A stretch of DNA of 64,000 nucleotides from Solirubrobacteraceae bacterium (GTDB lineage: Bacteria > Actinomycetota > Thermoleophilia > Solirubrobacterales > Solirubrobacteraceae), in contig JAUJOF010000003.1 of the NCBI GenBank assembly GCA_030447785.1, positions 90,572 through 154,571 of the forward strand, in the 5' to 3' direction. Shown in pieces: positions 19,047 through 28,016 of this stretch (the stretch's first letter is position 1; every line of letters begins with the position of its first letter). A program made the position numbers and the translations under genes. The notes under the pieces were generated by a model, which did not search any database, had not been told where the DNA came from, and saw only the letters and a program-made list of their open reading frames with translations.

Positions 19047-20099
19047 ATGATCGAGCAGCTCGTCGACCAGATCGAGGTTCGCTTCGCGGAGGCCACCCGC
19101 GACATCTCGGACCCGGAGGTGGTCGGTGATCGCCGGCGCTTCGCCGAGGCCGGGCGCGTCTTCCGCCAGCTCGAGCCGGCCGCCAGGATCGCCGAGGAGT
19201 GGCGGCGCGCGGTGGACGACGAGGCGGGCGCCCGCGAGCTGCTGGCCGAGGCGGAGGACCCCGAGGCGCGCGAGCTGCTGGAGCGCGCCCGGGCGGAGAT
19301 CGCGCGGCTGGAGGACGAGATCCGCCTGGCCATGGTCGAGCGCGACCCCAACGACGACCGCAACGTCATCGTCGAGGTGCAGGGCGGAGCCGGGGGCGAC
19401 GAGGCCGGGCTGTGGGCCGGCGACGTGTACCGGATGCTCACCCGCTATGCGGAGCGTCGCGGCCTGTCGACCGAGCCGCTGGAGGCGGGTGAGAGCAAGT
19501 ACACCTTCGCGATCAAGGGCGACGGCGCGTACTCGATCTTCAAGTTCGAGGGTGGGACCCACCGCGTCCAGCGCGTCCCGGCCACCGAGTCCCAGGGGCG
19601 CACCCACACGTCCACGGCCACCGTCGCGGTGCTGCCCGAGGCCGAGGACGTCGACGTGCACATCGACCACAACGACCTGCAGATCGACGTCTATCGCTCC
19701 TCCGGACCGGGCGGCCAGTCGGTCAACACCACCGACTCCGCGGTGCGCATCACCCACAAGCCGTCGAAGCTCGTGGTCTCGATGCAGGACGAGAAGTCCC
19801 AGCTGCAGAACCGCGAGAAGGCGATGCGCGTGCTGCGCGCGCGGTTGCTCGAGCAAGCGCAGGCCGCCCAGCAGGCCGAGCTGGCCGCCGACCGCCGCGC
19901 CCAGGTGGGTACCGGCGAGCGCTCGGAGAAGATCCGCACCTACAACTACGGCGAGCACCGCGTGACCGACCACCGCATCAACCTCACGACGCACAACCTC
20001 GACGCGGTGTTGGCGGGGCAGCTCGACGAGCTGACCGAGGCGCTGCGCAGCGACGAGAAGCGGCGCCGTCTCGAGGCGCAGGCCGCCGCGCCCGCGTGA
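19047..20099 (+). CDS. prfA: peptide chain release factor 1
   Basis: Contains the GGQ motif (SSGPGGQSVNTTDSAVRITH) and a PxT-type recognition region (RVPATESQGR). Confidence 0.95.
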   Translation: MIEQLVDQIEVRFAEATRDISDPEVVGDRRRFAEAGRVFRQLEPAARIAEEWRRAVDDEAGARELLAEAEDPEARELLERARAEIARLEDEIRLAMVERDPNDDRNVIVEVQGGAGGDEAGLWAGDVYRMLTRYAERRGLSTEPLEAGESKYTFAIKGDGAYSIFKFEGGTHRVQRVPATESQGRTHTSTATVAVLPEAEDVDVHIDHNDLQIDVYRSSGPGGQSVNTTDSAVRITHKPSKLVVSMQDEKSQLQNREKAMRVLRARLLEQAQAAQQAELAADRRAQVGTGERSEKIRTYNYGEHRVTDHRINLTTHNLDAVLAGQLDELTEALRSDEKRRRLEAQAAAPA

Positions 20100-20923
20100 G
20101 CGCGCTGCGCGGGGCGACGGTCCGCGACGCGCTCGACTCCGCGGTGATCGCCATCACCGCGAGCGGCTCGGTCACGCCCCGCCTGGACGCCGAGCTGCTG
20201 CTCGCCCACGCGCTGGGCGTCCAGCGCACCGCCCTGTTCCTCGACCCCGGGCGCGAGGTGGCCGGCGAGGCGGTGCGCCGCTTCCAGGACCTCGTGCGCC
20301 GGCGCTCGGCTGGGCGCGAGCCCGTCGCCTACCTGCTGGGCCGCCGGGGCTTTCGCCACCTCGAGCTCGGGGTGGACCCCCGCGTCCTGATTCCCCGCCC
20401 GGAGACCGAGCTCCTGGTCGAGATCGGGCTCGAGCAGGGGCTGGGAGCGCGCGTGCTCGACGTCGGCACGGGTAGCGGCGCGATCGCCCTCGCCCTCAAG
20501 GACGAGCGCCCCGACCTCGAGGTGGCGGCCACCGACGTGAGCAGCGGAGCGCTCGCGGTGGCGCGCGAGAACGCCGGCCGGCTCGGCCTTCAGGTGACGT
20601 TCGTGGAGGGGGACCTGCTCGGCGGCCTGCGCCCCGACGTCATCCTGTCCAACCCGCCCTACGTTGCCGAGGGCGCCGCGCTCCCGCGCGACGTCGCAGG
20701 CCACGAGCCGCCCGACGCCCTCTTCGCCGGGCCCGACGGGCTGGCCGTCGTCCGCCGGCTCGTGTCCGCGGCCATCGCCAGCACGGCGCGGGTGCTGGCG
20801 GTCGAGGTCGGCGCCGGGCTGGCCGCCGTCGTCGAGGCCGAGGCGGTCGAGGCCGGGTTCACCCAGACCGCCGTGCGCCGGGACCTCGCGGGGATCGAGC
20901 GCGTCGTGGTGGCCACCCGGTGA
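20096..20923 (+). CDS. prmC: release-factor glutamine N5-methyltransferase
   Basis: Catalytic NPPY motif (ILSNPPYV) and SAM motif LDVGTGSGAIAL. There is a 4-nt overlap with prfA. Confidence 0.9.
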   Translation: MSALRGATVRDALDSAVIAITASGSVTPRLDAELLLAHALGVQRTALFLDPGREVAGEAVRRFQDLVRRRSAGREPVAYLLGRRGFRHLELGVDPRVLIPRPETELLVEIGLEQGLGARVLDVGTGSGAIALALKDERPDLEVAATDVSSGALAVARENAGRLGLQVTFVEGDLLGGLRPDVILSNPPYVAEGAALPRDVAGHEPPDALFAGPDGLAVVRRLVSAAIASTARVLAVEVGAGLAAVVEAEAVEAGFTQTAVRRDLAGIERVVVATR

Positions 20924-21546
20924 CGAGCCTGACCGCCGACGACGCGCGCACCTTCGAGCGCTGCATGGCCGTCGGCGGGATGGCCGTCTTTCCCGCCGAC
21001 ACGGTCTACGGCCTGGCCTGCGACCCCGAGGCCAAGGGGACCGTCGAGCGCCTGTACCTCCTCAAGCGCCGCACCGCCGACAAGCCGGCGGCGGTGATGC
21101 TCTTCTCGCTGGAGCTCGCCCTGGCCGCCCTGCCCGAGCTCGGGCAGCGCACCAGCGCGGCCCTCGAGGCGTTGCTGCCCGGGGCCATCACCGCTTTGCT
21201 GCCCAACCCGGCGGGCCGCTTCCCGCTGGCCTGCGGTGCCGACCCGGGCACGCTGGGCCTGCGGGTGCCCGCCCTCCCTCCGGCGCTGGCCGCGCTGCAC
21301 GCGGTGCGCTGGCCGGTCATGCAGTCCAGCGCCAACGCCTCCGGGGGCCCGGACGCGCGGCACCTGGACGACGTTCCCGCGTCGCTGCGCGAGGCGGCCG
21401 ACCTCGTGCTCGACGGCGGCGAGCTGCCGGGCACCCCCTCCACCGTCCTCGATTTGCGGGCCTTCGAGGCCACGGGCGAGTGGACGGTCACACGGGAGGG
21501 CGCCGTCGACACCGACCGGCTGGCAATCGCCCTGCGAGGGCTCTGA
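20920..21546 (+). CDS. tsaC: L-threonylcarbamoyladenylate synthase (YrdC/TsaC/Sua5 family, single domain)
   Basis: Contains FPADTVYGLACDP, KRRTADKPAAVM, LRVPA and SANASGG motifs. There is a 4-nt overlap with prmC. Confidence 0.8.
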   Translation: MTSLTADDARTFERCMAVGGMAVFPADTVYGLACDPEAKGTVERLYLLKRRTADKPAAVMLFSLELALAALPELGQRTSAALEALLPGAITALLPNPAGRFPLACGADPGTLGLRVPALPPALAALHAVRWPVMQSSANASGGPDARHLDDVPASLREAADLVLDGGELPGTPSTVLDLRAFEATGEWTVTREGAVDTDRLAIALRGL

Positions 21547-21601
21547 CCCCTGGCCGCCGCGGCGGCCTGCGGCCGGCGCGGCTCGGCCACCAGGCGGGCG
21601 C

Positions 21602-22084
21602 TCACTCCTGCCCCTGGGCGGGCGCGAGGGTCCGCACGCCGCCGGCGGGGGTCCAGACCTCGATCACCAAGGCCTGCCGGCCGCCGTCGAGGCTGACCGT
21701 CGAGACCTCGCGCAGGTCGAGCCGGAAGAGGTGCGAGGGCCCCGCCGAGGCGCCACCCCCGTTGACGGCCCGCACGCGCTCGGGATCGGTGACCTCCTCG
21801 ACGACCCCGGCGAGCTTGGCGTCGCCGCTCCAGTCCGACGGGTCGTCGGAGCCGCTGTGCAGGGCGAAGCGCGGGTCGCGCTGGAGGTCGCGCGCCTTGC
21901 GTGCCCGCCACATCGACCCAATCCACAGCTCGCCCTCGGCCAGCACGGTCTCCGTGCCCGAGATGCGCGGCGAGCCGTCCCTGCGCAGGGTGGCCAGCGT
22001 CTTATGGGCGTGGGCGTCCAGGCGCCGGCGGACCTCCCGGGCGAGCGCCGGAGCGGCGGCCTCGAAAGCACTCCAGCTCGACAT
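21602..22084 (-). CDS. pyridoxamine 5'-phosphate oxidase-family (split-barrel flavin-binding) protein
   Basis: Internal ATG at 22084 of ORF 21602-22474. The sequence LATLRRDGSPRISGTE...GELWIGSMWRARKARDLQRDPRFALH fits the PNPOx-like fold family. The upstream 130 codons of the ORF look non-coding. Confidence 0.65.
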   Translation of the reverse strand: MSSWSAFEAAAPALAREVRRRLDAHAHKTLATLRRDGSPRISGTETVLAEGELWIGSMWRARKARDLQRDPRFALHSGSDDPSDWSGDAKLAGVVEEVTDPERVRAVNGGGASAGPSHLFRLDLREVSTVSLDGGRQALVIEVWTPAGGVRTLAPAQGQE

Positions 22085-22510
22085 GCCCAGATGGTGGCGC
22101 TCGGGCGGGCCCGCGTCCAGGGGCAGGCCGAACGCCATCGAGCGGACCGCAGGAAGCCGTCGGGCCGTCTTCGTCGCAACCTCTCCCCAGCCAGCCCGGC
22201 GCGCAAGCCGCTCTCGATGGCACGGATGCCATGATCCAGGCGGGGGCCGGGCCAGCGCCCCCTCGGGTGGGGCACCCGAGCCGGCCTGCGGCTCTCTGTC
22301 TTCGGCAACGAGTCGCTTGACAGAGCGCATCCATGGCGGGGCGCCAGCGGGGAGATCGAAGTCGGGATCGCGCGTCGACGTCGCAACGCATCGGCGACGC
22401 GGTCCCGACCCTGCCTGGCGGACCGATGTTCGGGTAGTAGTGCAATCGCGACCGGTTGCGCATACTCGTGCCACCCGGCGTAAAGGTCGACTGGATCGGC
22501 TTCAACAACG

Positions 22511-23089
22511 ATGGAGGTCTGGATGCCGCAAGGACCCACCGCCCATGTCACCCGCGTGGCGCACGATGTCGGTCTGGCCGCTTGGGTGGGCGGCTCGCTG
22601 TTCGGCAGGCTGGCGTTCAACAGGTCGGTGACCAACATCTCCGACACTGCTGAGCGCGGCAAGGTGACCAACGCGGCCTACGCCGCGTACAACCCGATCA
22701 ACGCTCTCGGGCTGGGCGCTGCGGCCGCCGGGTGGCTGGCGGCCCGCGCCACCGAGACGCGCCCGGACAAGCTGACCGGCACGGAGCGAACTCTCAGCGT
22801 GGTCAAGGATGGGCTCATGTCGGTCGCGGTAGCGTCCGGGGTGGCCACCGTGGTCCAGCACATCCGGCTGGGCAGGCAGGGCGATGACGGCCGCGTCCCG
22901 CTGGAGGCACCTCTCACCCCGGCGCCCGACACGCCGCCGGCCGCGGCGAAGCTTCAGGGCTCGATCGGCAAGCTGACGACCGTCAACATCCTGTCCGGAC
23001 TGGCGATCGTGGGGGTCAACGCCGTCATCGCGCAGTTCGACCACAGCCGCCCGCCGCTCAGGCGAGCGCTGCTTCGCCGCAGCAGCTGA
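22511..23089 (+). CDS. hypothetical membrane protein
   Basis: 192-aa ORF with 3-4 hydrophobic helices and protein-like composition. I recognise no family. It is locally less GC-rich. Confidence 0.45.
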   Translation: MEVWMPQGPTAHVTRVAHDVGLAAWVGGSLFGRLAFNRSVTNISDTAERGKVTNAAYAAYNPINALGLGAAAAGWLAARATETRPDKLTGTERTLSVVKDGLMSVAVASGVATVVQHIRLGRQGDDGRVPLEAPLTPAPDTPPAAAKLQGSIGKLTTVNILSGLAIVGVNAVIAQFDHSRPPLRRALLRRSS

Positions 23090-23182
23090 CCCGGTAACCT
23101 GCCGCGCGTCCCCGGCACCGCGCGGCAGGCTCGCTCTCTGCGCCCGGTGCGCGCCGAGGATGCCCGAGCGCTGACGACATCC

Positions 23183-23437
23183 TCACCGAGCCGGAGGTGT
23201 CGCGCTGGAGGTACCGGCTCTCCGCGCGGCGGTGTTACCGTCAGACGCTGACCGGCGGCGACGGGCGCGCGTTAGGCGTTCGATCACGATCCGCTCGACG
23301 CGGGCATCCACCGCGTCTAGAAGCGCGACCATCAGGTCGTGTCCCAGCGGACGTGGAGACGTCGCACCGCGGCGCTGTATGGCCAGCGCCGTGGCCTCAG
23401 GCTCGTCCAATCTGGATCGGCAGGATCCGCTGGCCAT
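23183..23437 (-). pseudogene. continuation of the BFN-like domain in another frame (truncated)
   Basis: EATALAIQRRGATSPRPLGHDLMVALLDAVDARVERIVIERL aligns to the BFN core (..EA.AIA.A......RPLTHDL......L.A....V.I..L). It is reached only by a frame change near 23405-23420. The expected distal half (DGTFYA...RPSDAI) is missing. Confidence 0.5.
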
Positions 23438-23930
23438 CGCTCTCCCTGAGCAGAACGATGTACGGCTTCTGGAGCTCCCACGCCGCGTGCCACAGCTCGC
23501 GCGTGATGACGTCCTCGATCGTCGCCTCGACGACCGTCATCGCCTCGACCGCTTCGACCAGCTCGGCGACGGTCGGGGTCGACGACCGTTCCAGCGCATC
23601 GAGCATGGTGCGCAAGCGATCAAGTAGCCCCCGACGCTGCTCGATGTCGCGCTCGACAGCCGCGACGTGCCGGCGCACGGTGTCGATCAGGCTCACGCCC
23701 TCGTCGTCGAGCACTGCCCCGATCTCATCAAGCGCCATCCCAATGCCGCGCAACGCGAGGACGCGGTACAGACGCTCGACATCCGTATGCGAATACACGC
23801 GGTGACCGGAATGCGTTCGGCCCGGCACCAGCAGCCCGATGTCGTCGTAGTGATGCAACGCGCGGATCGTAAGCCCGGTCGCCCGCGCCAGCTCACCCAC
23901 CTTCCACATCCCTTCGACCTCGCCCATCAA
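23397..23930 (-). CDS. MerR-family transcriptional regulator whose C-terminus enters a BFN (DUF151)-like domain
   Basis: N-terminal MerR HTH (WKVGELARATGLTIRALHHYDDIGLL...HRVYSHTDVERL). The C-terminal PYIVLLRESDGQRILPIQIG matches the start of bifunctional-nuclease domains. Confidence 0.8.
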   Translation of the reverse strand: MMGEVEGMWKVGELARATGLTIRALHHYDDIGLLVPGRTHSGHRVYSHTDVERLYRVLALRGIGMALDEIGAVLDDEGVSLIDTVRRHVAAVERDIEQRRGLLDRLRTMLDALERSSTPTVAELVEAVEAMTVVEATIEDVITRELWHAAWELQKPYIVLLRESDGQRILPIQIGRA

Positions 23931-24230
23931 GGAAGGCGCTCAGGCGCGCGCACACGGTGAGGGTCAGGGTGGCGCTCACCGTCACCGATCTCGCGGGAAA
24001 CCGGACCGTGGTGCGAAGGACGGTCAGGCTGAGACGCTGAGCGGCGAGCCGAGAGCATTCGAGTCGGCACCGGCCCTCCGAGGGCCGGTGCTACCGTCAG
24101 GCCTGGCTGGCGGGTGGCGGTGCAACGGCAGCGCAGCCGGCGGGCGATCCCCGCCGTGAGCCTGGGCACCGACGACCATGCGGCTTGACCCGGAATCAGA
24201 CCACGCAGGCTTGGCGCTCGAGGAGACGAC

Positions 24231-25520
24231 GTGACCGACTCGGAGCAGGACTTCCTCAACCGCCCGGTGGCCGAGGTGGACCCCGAGGTGGCAGCGGTCC
24301 TGCGCGACGAGCTGCACCGCCAGCAGTCGACGCTCGAGATGATCGCGTCGGAGAACTTCGTCCCGCGCGCGGTGCTGGAGGCCCAGGGCTCCGTCCTGAC
24401 CAACAAGTATGCCGAGGGCTATCCCGGGCGGCGCTACTACGGTGGCTGCGAGCACGTCGACGTCGCCGAGCAGCTGGCCATCGACCGCGCCAAGGGGCTG
24501 TTCGGCGCCGAGCACGCCAACGTCCAGCCCCACGCGGGCGCGCAGGCCAACGCCGCCGTCTACCACGCGCTGCTGCGTCCCGGCGACAAGCTCATGGGCC
24601 TCTCGCTGTCGCACGGCGGTCACCTCACCCACGGAATGAAGCTCAATGTCTCCGGGCGCCTGTATGAGATCGTCGCCTACGAGGTCGACCGCGAGACCAG
24701 CCGCGTCGACATGGACGCGGTGGGCGAGATCGCCCGCCGTGAGCGCCCGAAGATGATCGTGGCGGGCTGGTCGGCCTACCCGCGACAGCTGGACTTCCCC
24801 GCCTTCCGCGCCATCGCCGACGAGGTCGGCGCGCTGCTCATGGTGGACATGGCCCACTTCGCCGGCCTGGTCGCCGCCGGAGAGCATCCCAGCCCGGTTC
24901 CCCATGCCGACGTGGTCACCACCACCGTGCACAAGACCCTGGGGGGCCCGCGCAGCGGCATGATCCTCTGCCGCTCCGAGCACGCCAAGGCCGTCGACTC
25001 CGCGGTCTTCCCCGGCCAGCAGGGCGGACCGCTCGAGCACGTCATCGCCGCCAAGGCCGTCGCCATGCGCATCGCCGCCGGCGAGCCGTTCCGCGAACGC
25101 CAGCGTCGCACGGTGGAGGGCGCTCGCGCGGTGGCCGACGCGCTCACGCGGGCCGGCCACGGGATCAGCGTGCTCACCGGCGGCACCGACGTGCACCTGG
25201 CGCTGGTCGACCTGCGCGAGAGCCAGCTCGACGGCCGGCAGGCCGAGGATCGCCTGCACCAGATCGGCATCACGGTCAACCGCAACGCGGTCCCGTTCGA
25301 TCCCCGCCCGCCCATGGTGACCAGCGGGCTGCGGATCGGCACCCCCGCGCTGGCCACCCGCGGCCTGCAGGTCGACGACTTCGCCGAGGCCGGCGCGATC
25401 ATCGCGGCCGCGCTCGCGCCCGACTTCGAGACCCACAGGGACGACCTCGCCGAGCGCGTCGCCACCCTCGCCGAGCGCTTCCCCCTCTACGAGCACCTGG
25501 ACACGCCCGCGGCGGCGTAG
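24231..25520 (+). CDS. glyA: serine hydroxymethyltransferase
   Basis: GTG start with SD GGAGA. Contains the PLP-lysine context [14 protein letters not shown] plus SENFV and [14 protein letters not shown]. Confidence 0.95.
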   Translation: MTDSEQDFLNRPVAEVDPEVAAVLRDELHRQQSTLEMIASENFVPRAVLEAQGSVLTNKYAEGYPGRRYYGGCEHVDVAEQLAIDRAKGLFGAEHANVQPHAGAQANAAVYHALLRPGDKLMGLSLSHGGHLTHGMKLNVSGRLYEIVAYEVDRETSRVDMDAVGEIARRERPKMIVAGWSAYPRQLDFPAFRAIADEVGALLMVDMAHFAGLVAAGEHPSPVPHADVVTTTVHKTLGGPRSGMILCRSEHAKAVDSAVFPGQQGGPLEHVIAAKAVAMRIAAGEPFRERQRRTVEGARAVADALTRAGHGISVLTGGTDVHLALVDLRESQLDGRQAEDRLHQIGITVNRNAVPFDPRPPMVTSGLRIGTPALATRGLQVDDFAEAGAIIAAALAPDFETHRDDLAERVATLAERFPLYEHLDTPAAA

Positions 25521-25617
25521 GGGTGGGCGGGCACCCCCCGCGGGGGGGTGGACGGCCGGGGCCCGCGCGTCGCACAATGCAGGCCACACACCGCACCGAC
25601 GAGAGGAGAGGACCGCG

Positions 25618-26214
25618 ATGCGCACCCTGCCTATGAGCCTGACCGCCCTCGCGGCGCTGGCGCTGGTCGCCTGCGGCGGAGAGCCCGAGACACGGACGGT
25701 GGTGGAGACCGTCACCGCGCCCCCGCCGCCGGGCGCTCCGGCGCCCGACCCGTCCACGGCACCCGCCCCGCCGCCCGAGGGTGCCGTCGTCCTCGAGGGC
25801 ACCTACGCCATGGAGACCAACGAGGCCGACTACGAGGGCGAGAACATCGCCGTCGACGACGAGTTCCCCACGGAGTCCGAGTGGGTGTTTGCCACCGACT
25901 GCACCGGACCGACATGCACGGTGCGCATGCGCCGGGAGCTGGGCTCGGGGGCCTTCAAGACGCTCACGCTCCAGCCCGTCGAGGGCCGTCCCGGCGTCTT
26001 TGCCGGCGAGTCGACGGGCACGACGGGCTGCGTCACCGAACAAAAGGCCGAGACGCAGCAGCGCTACTCGATCAAGCTCAACGCCCCGCAGCCCGTCGAG
26101 GGCCGACCGACGGCCACCCGGATCGACGCCTACTTCACCGAGGAGACCGACGGCTGCGAGCTCACGGACCGGGCGCGCGGCATCGTCTCGTGGAAGGGCA
26201 CGCTGCTGCGCTGA
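25618..26214 (+). CDS. hypothetical lipoprotein
   Basis: Signal peptide with lipobox (LALVAC-GG) and a Pro/Ala-rich linker. No recognisable domain. Confidence 0.55.
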   Translation: MRTLPMSLTALAALALVACGGEPETRTVVETVTAPPPPGAPAPDPSTAPAPPPEGAVVLEGTYAMETNEADYEGENIAVDDEFPTESEWVFATDCTGPTCTVRMRRELGSGAFKTLTLQPVEGRPGVFAGESTGTTGCVTEQKAETQQRYSIKLNAPQPVEGRPTATRIDAYFTEETDGCELTDRARGIVSWKGTLLR

Positions 26215-26243
26215 GCCGTCGGCCGTGCCCTGGCGTCGTTCGC

Positions 26244-27409
26244 TCAGCCCGAGACGGCTTCGAACTCCCCGGTCTCGAGGTCCCGCCTCCACGGCGTGGT
26301 CGATCTCTGTTGACGTGGCACCGGGGCGGGTGCGTCCCAGGCGCACGCGGTCCAGGCGGCGGAACTTGAGGATCTCGAGGGTGTAGACCATCCAGATCGA
26401 GCCGAGCACGACCGCGAGGCCGCCGGCGCCGACGACCAGGCTGTTGCCCAGCTCCCAGTCGCCATTGGGACGCGGGGGCATGAAGCGCACCAGCATGGCC
26501 CAGGCGGCCAGCGAGGCCGCCCACAGGTGCAGGTAGGCGGCGGTCCGCCGCTGCGAGAAGCCGATGCGCAGAAAGCGGTGGTAGAAGTGATTCTGGTCGG
26601 CGCCGAAGGGGAGGACGGTGGTACTTCAGGCGCTTGAGGATCACGAACGAGGTGTCCAGCAGCGGCACCGCGACGATGAGCATCGGGGCGAGCAGGGTGA
26701 TCGTCGCCGGTGTCTTGAGCAGGCCCTCGACGGACAGGGCGGCCAACAGGTAGCCGAGGCTGAGTGCGCCGCTGTCGCCCATGAAGATCTTGGCGGGGTG
26801 CAGGTTGTGCCCCAGGAAGCCCAGGGTGGCGCCGCACACCGCGGCCGCCACGGCGGCGACCTCCAGGCGTCCGAAGGAGACGGCCAGCAGCGCCAGGGTC
26901 GCCGCGGCGATCGCCACGATGCCGCCCGCCAGCCCGTCCAGGCCGTCGATCAGGTTCACGAGATTGGCCACCAGCACGATCCACACGACGGTGAGCGGGT
27001 AGGCGACCCAGCCCAGGTCGCCGTCGCCCAGCACGGGAGGGTCACTCGCTCGAAGGTCAGCCCGTAGGCGGCCACCGGGATGAGCGTCACCGCGACGAGC
27101 AGCGCCAGCTTCACCTTGGGCGCCATGCCGCGCCGGTCGTCCCACAGACCGATGAGCATGACCAGCGGGAGGGCGAGGAAGATGCCGGCCATCGAGCCGT
27201 CGAGCTCGGCGAAGCCAAGCGCCGCCACGGCGATCGCCATCACGATCGCCACACCGCCGGTGTTGGGCGTGGGAAACGGTGTGGATACGCGGACGGGCCA
27301 GGCGTCCCGCCAGCGGAGTCGTCAGCCAGGCGACGGCGAAGGCCAGCAGCAGACCGGCCAGGACCGCGCCGTCCTCCACGAGCGCCGACAGCGTCTCGGT
27401 GAACGACAT
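26244..27409 (-). pseudogene. WecA/MraY-family (GT4 polyprenyl-phosphate HexNAc-1-P transferase) gene, copy 1, several frame breaks and a small in-gene deletion as read
   Basis: It has the same protein as copy 2 (MSFTETLSALVEDG...NLVNLIDGLDGLAGG...HPAKIFMGDSGALSLGY). Frame changes fall near 27275, 27040, 26610 and about 26295. About 31 nt are lacking relative to copy 2 near 27280. Confidence 0.7.
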
Positions 27410-27464
27410 CGCGCGCCAGTATGACGCAGTGGGCGGCAGACCCCCCGGGGCGTCACCCCGTGGA

Positions 27465-27541
27465 TAGGGGTGCCTCCGGTGGCCAGATGGGGCGTAGCGA
27501 AGCGAGCCGTGGGGAGGCGGGCCCCAGGTCGCGATAGCGAC
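27465..27541 (-). repeat. GC-rich intergenic repeat, copy c (inverse orientation)
   Basis: The reverse complement reads GTCGCTATCGCGACCTGGGGCCCGCCTCC...CCGGAGGCACCCCTAT. This is the same 5' and 3' boxes as copies a and b. Confidence 0.65.
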
Positions 27542-27562
27542 ACAAGCTCCTAGCCTGCTCCC

Positions 27563-27820
27563 ATGTCCCGCCTGCTGATCCTCGGCGCCGGCTACGTCGG
27601 CGCGGCGCTGGGCGCACGCGCGCTGGACGCCGGGGACGAGGAGCGGGCGATTGGCCTGCGCGGCGAGCAGGTGCACGCGGTCGGGGGTCGTGGCGCGCAG
27701 CAGGCCGGCGACGTCGTCGCCGTCGCGGATGTCCAGCGTGACCACGTCGGCTCCCCGCGCGGCCAGGCCGTCCAGCTGCGCGCGCTGGGTGGCGTACCAG
27801 TTGTCGGCGAGGACCACCTC
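27563..27820 (+). pseudogene. truncated paralogous copy of the SDR epimerase gene: 26 direct codons then 180 nt inverted
   Basis: 27563-27640 encodes MSRLLILGAGYVGAALGARALDAGDE, matching 30101-30178. The reverse complement of 27641-27820 encodes (E)VVLADNWYATQRAQLDGLAARGADVVTLDIRDGDDVAGLLRATTPDRVHLLAAQANRPL, matching 30176-30355. Confidence 0.8.
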
Positions 27821-27996
27821 GGCCACGCGGCGCACCCCGCCTGCAGGTCGACGACTTCGCCGAGGCCGGCGCGATCATCGCGGCCGCGCTCGCGCCCGAC
27901 TTCGAGACCCACAGGGACGACCTCGCCGAGCGCGTCGCCACTCTCGCCGAGCGCTTTCCCCTCTACGAGCACCTGGACACGCCCGCGGCGGCGTAG
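27821..27996 (+). pseudogene. duplicated 3' end of glyA (last ~50 codons plus stop)
   Basis: 27841-27996 equals 25365-25520 apart from 2 substitutions ([51 protein letters not shown] stop). There is no upstream glyA body. Confidence 0.85.
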
Positions 27997-28016
27997 TCAC
28001 CAGCCCCTTCGCCAGG

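Larger units (their letters stand above)
25353..27820. repeat. unit X1 of a diverged head-to-tail segmental duplication
   Basis: See unit X2. The offset between matching positions is 2464-2468 nt. Confidence 0.8.

Noticed and set aside
23931-24230. Possible ZTP (pfl) or other riboswitch in the 300-nt glyA leader, including a perfect 11-12-bp hairpin at 24066-24092 and a CCTGGGCA box near 24160.
   Set aside because: Only fragments resemble the pfl consensus: CUGGCG, a P3-like hairpin CGGCGGG/CCCGCCG, and CCUGGGCA displaced by 5 nt. I could not build the P1/P2 GGUGG..CCACC helix. It needs cmsearch and should not be called by eye.
26781-27002. Identical 73-aa ORFs at 26781-27002 and 29245-29466, considered as possible duplicated small genes.
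   Set aside because: They are antisense to the strongly supported WecA/MraY-family genes and are Ala/Arg/Pro/Ser-rich. I used them only as a marker of the duplication.
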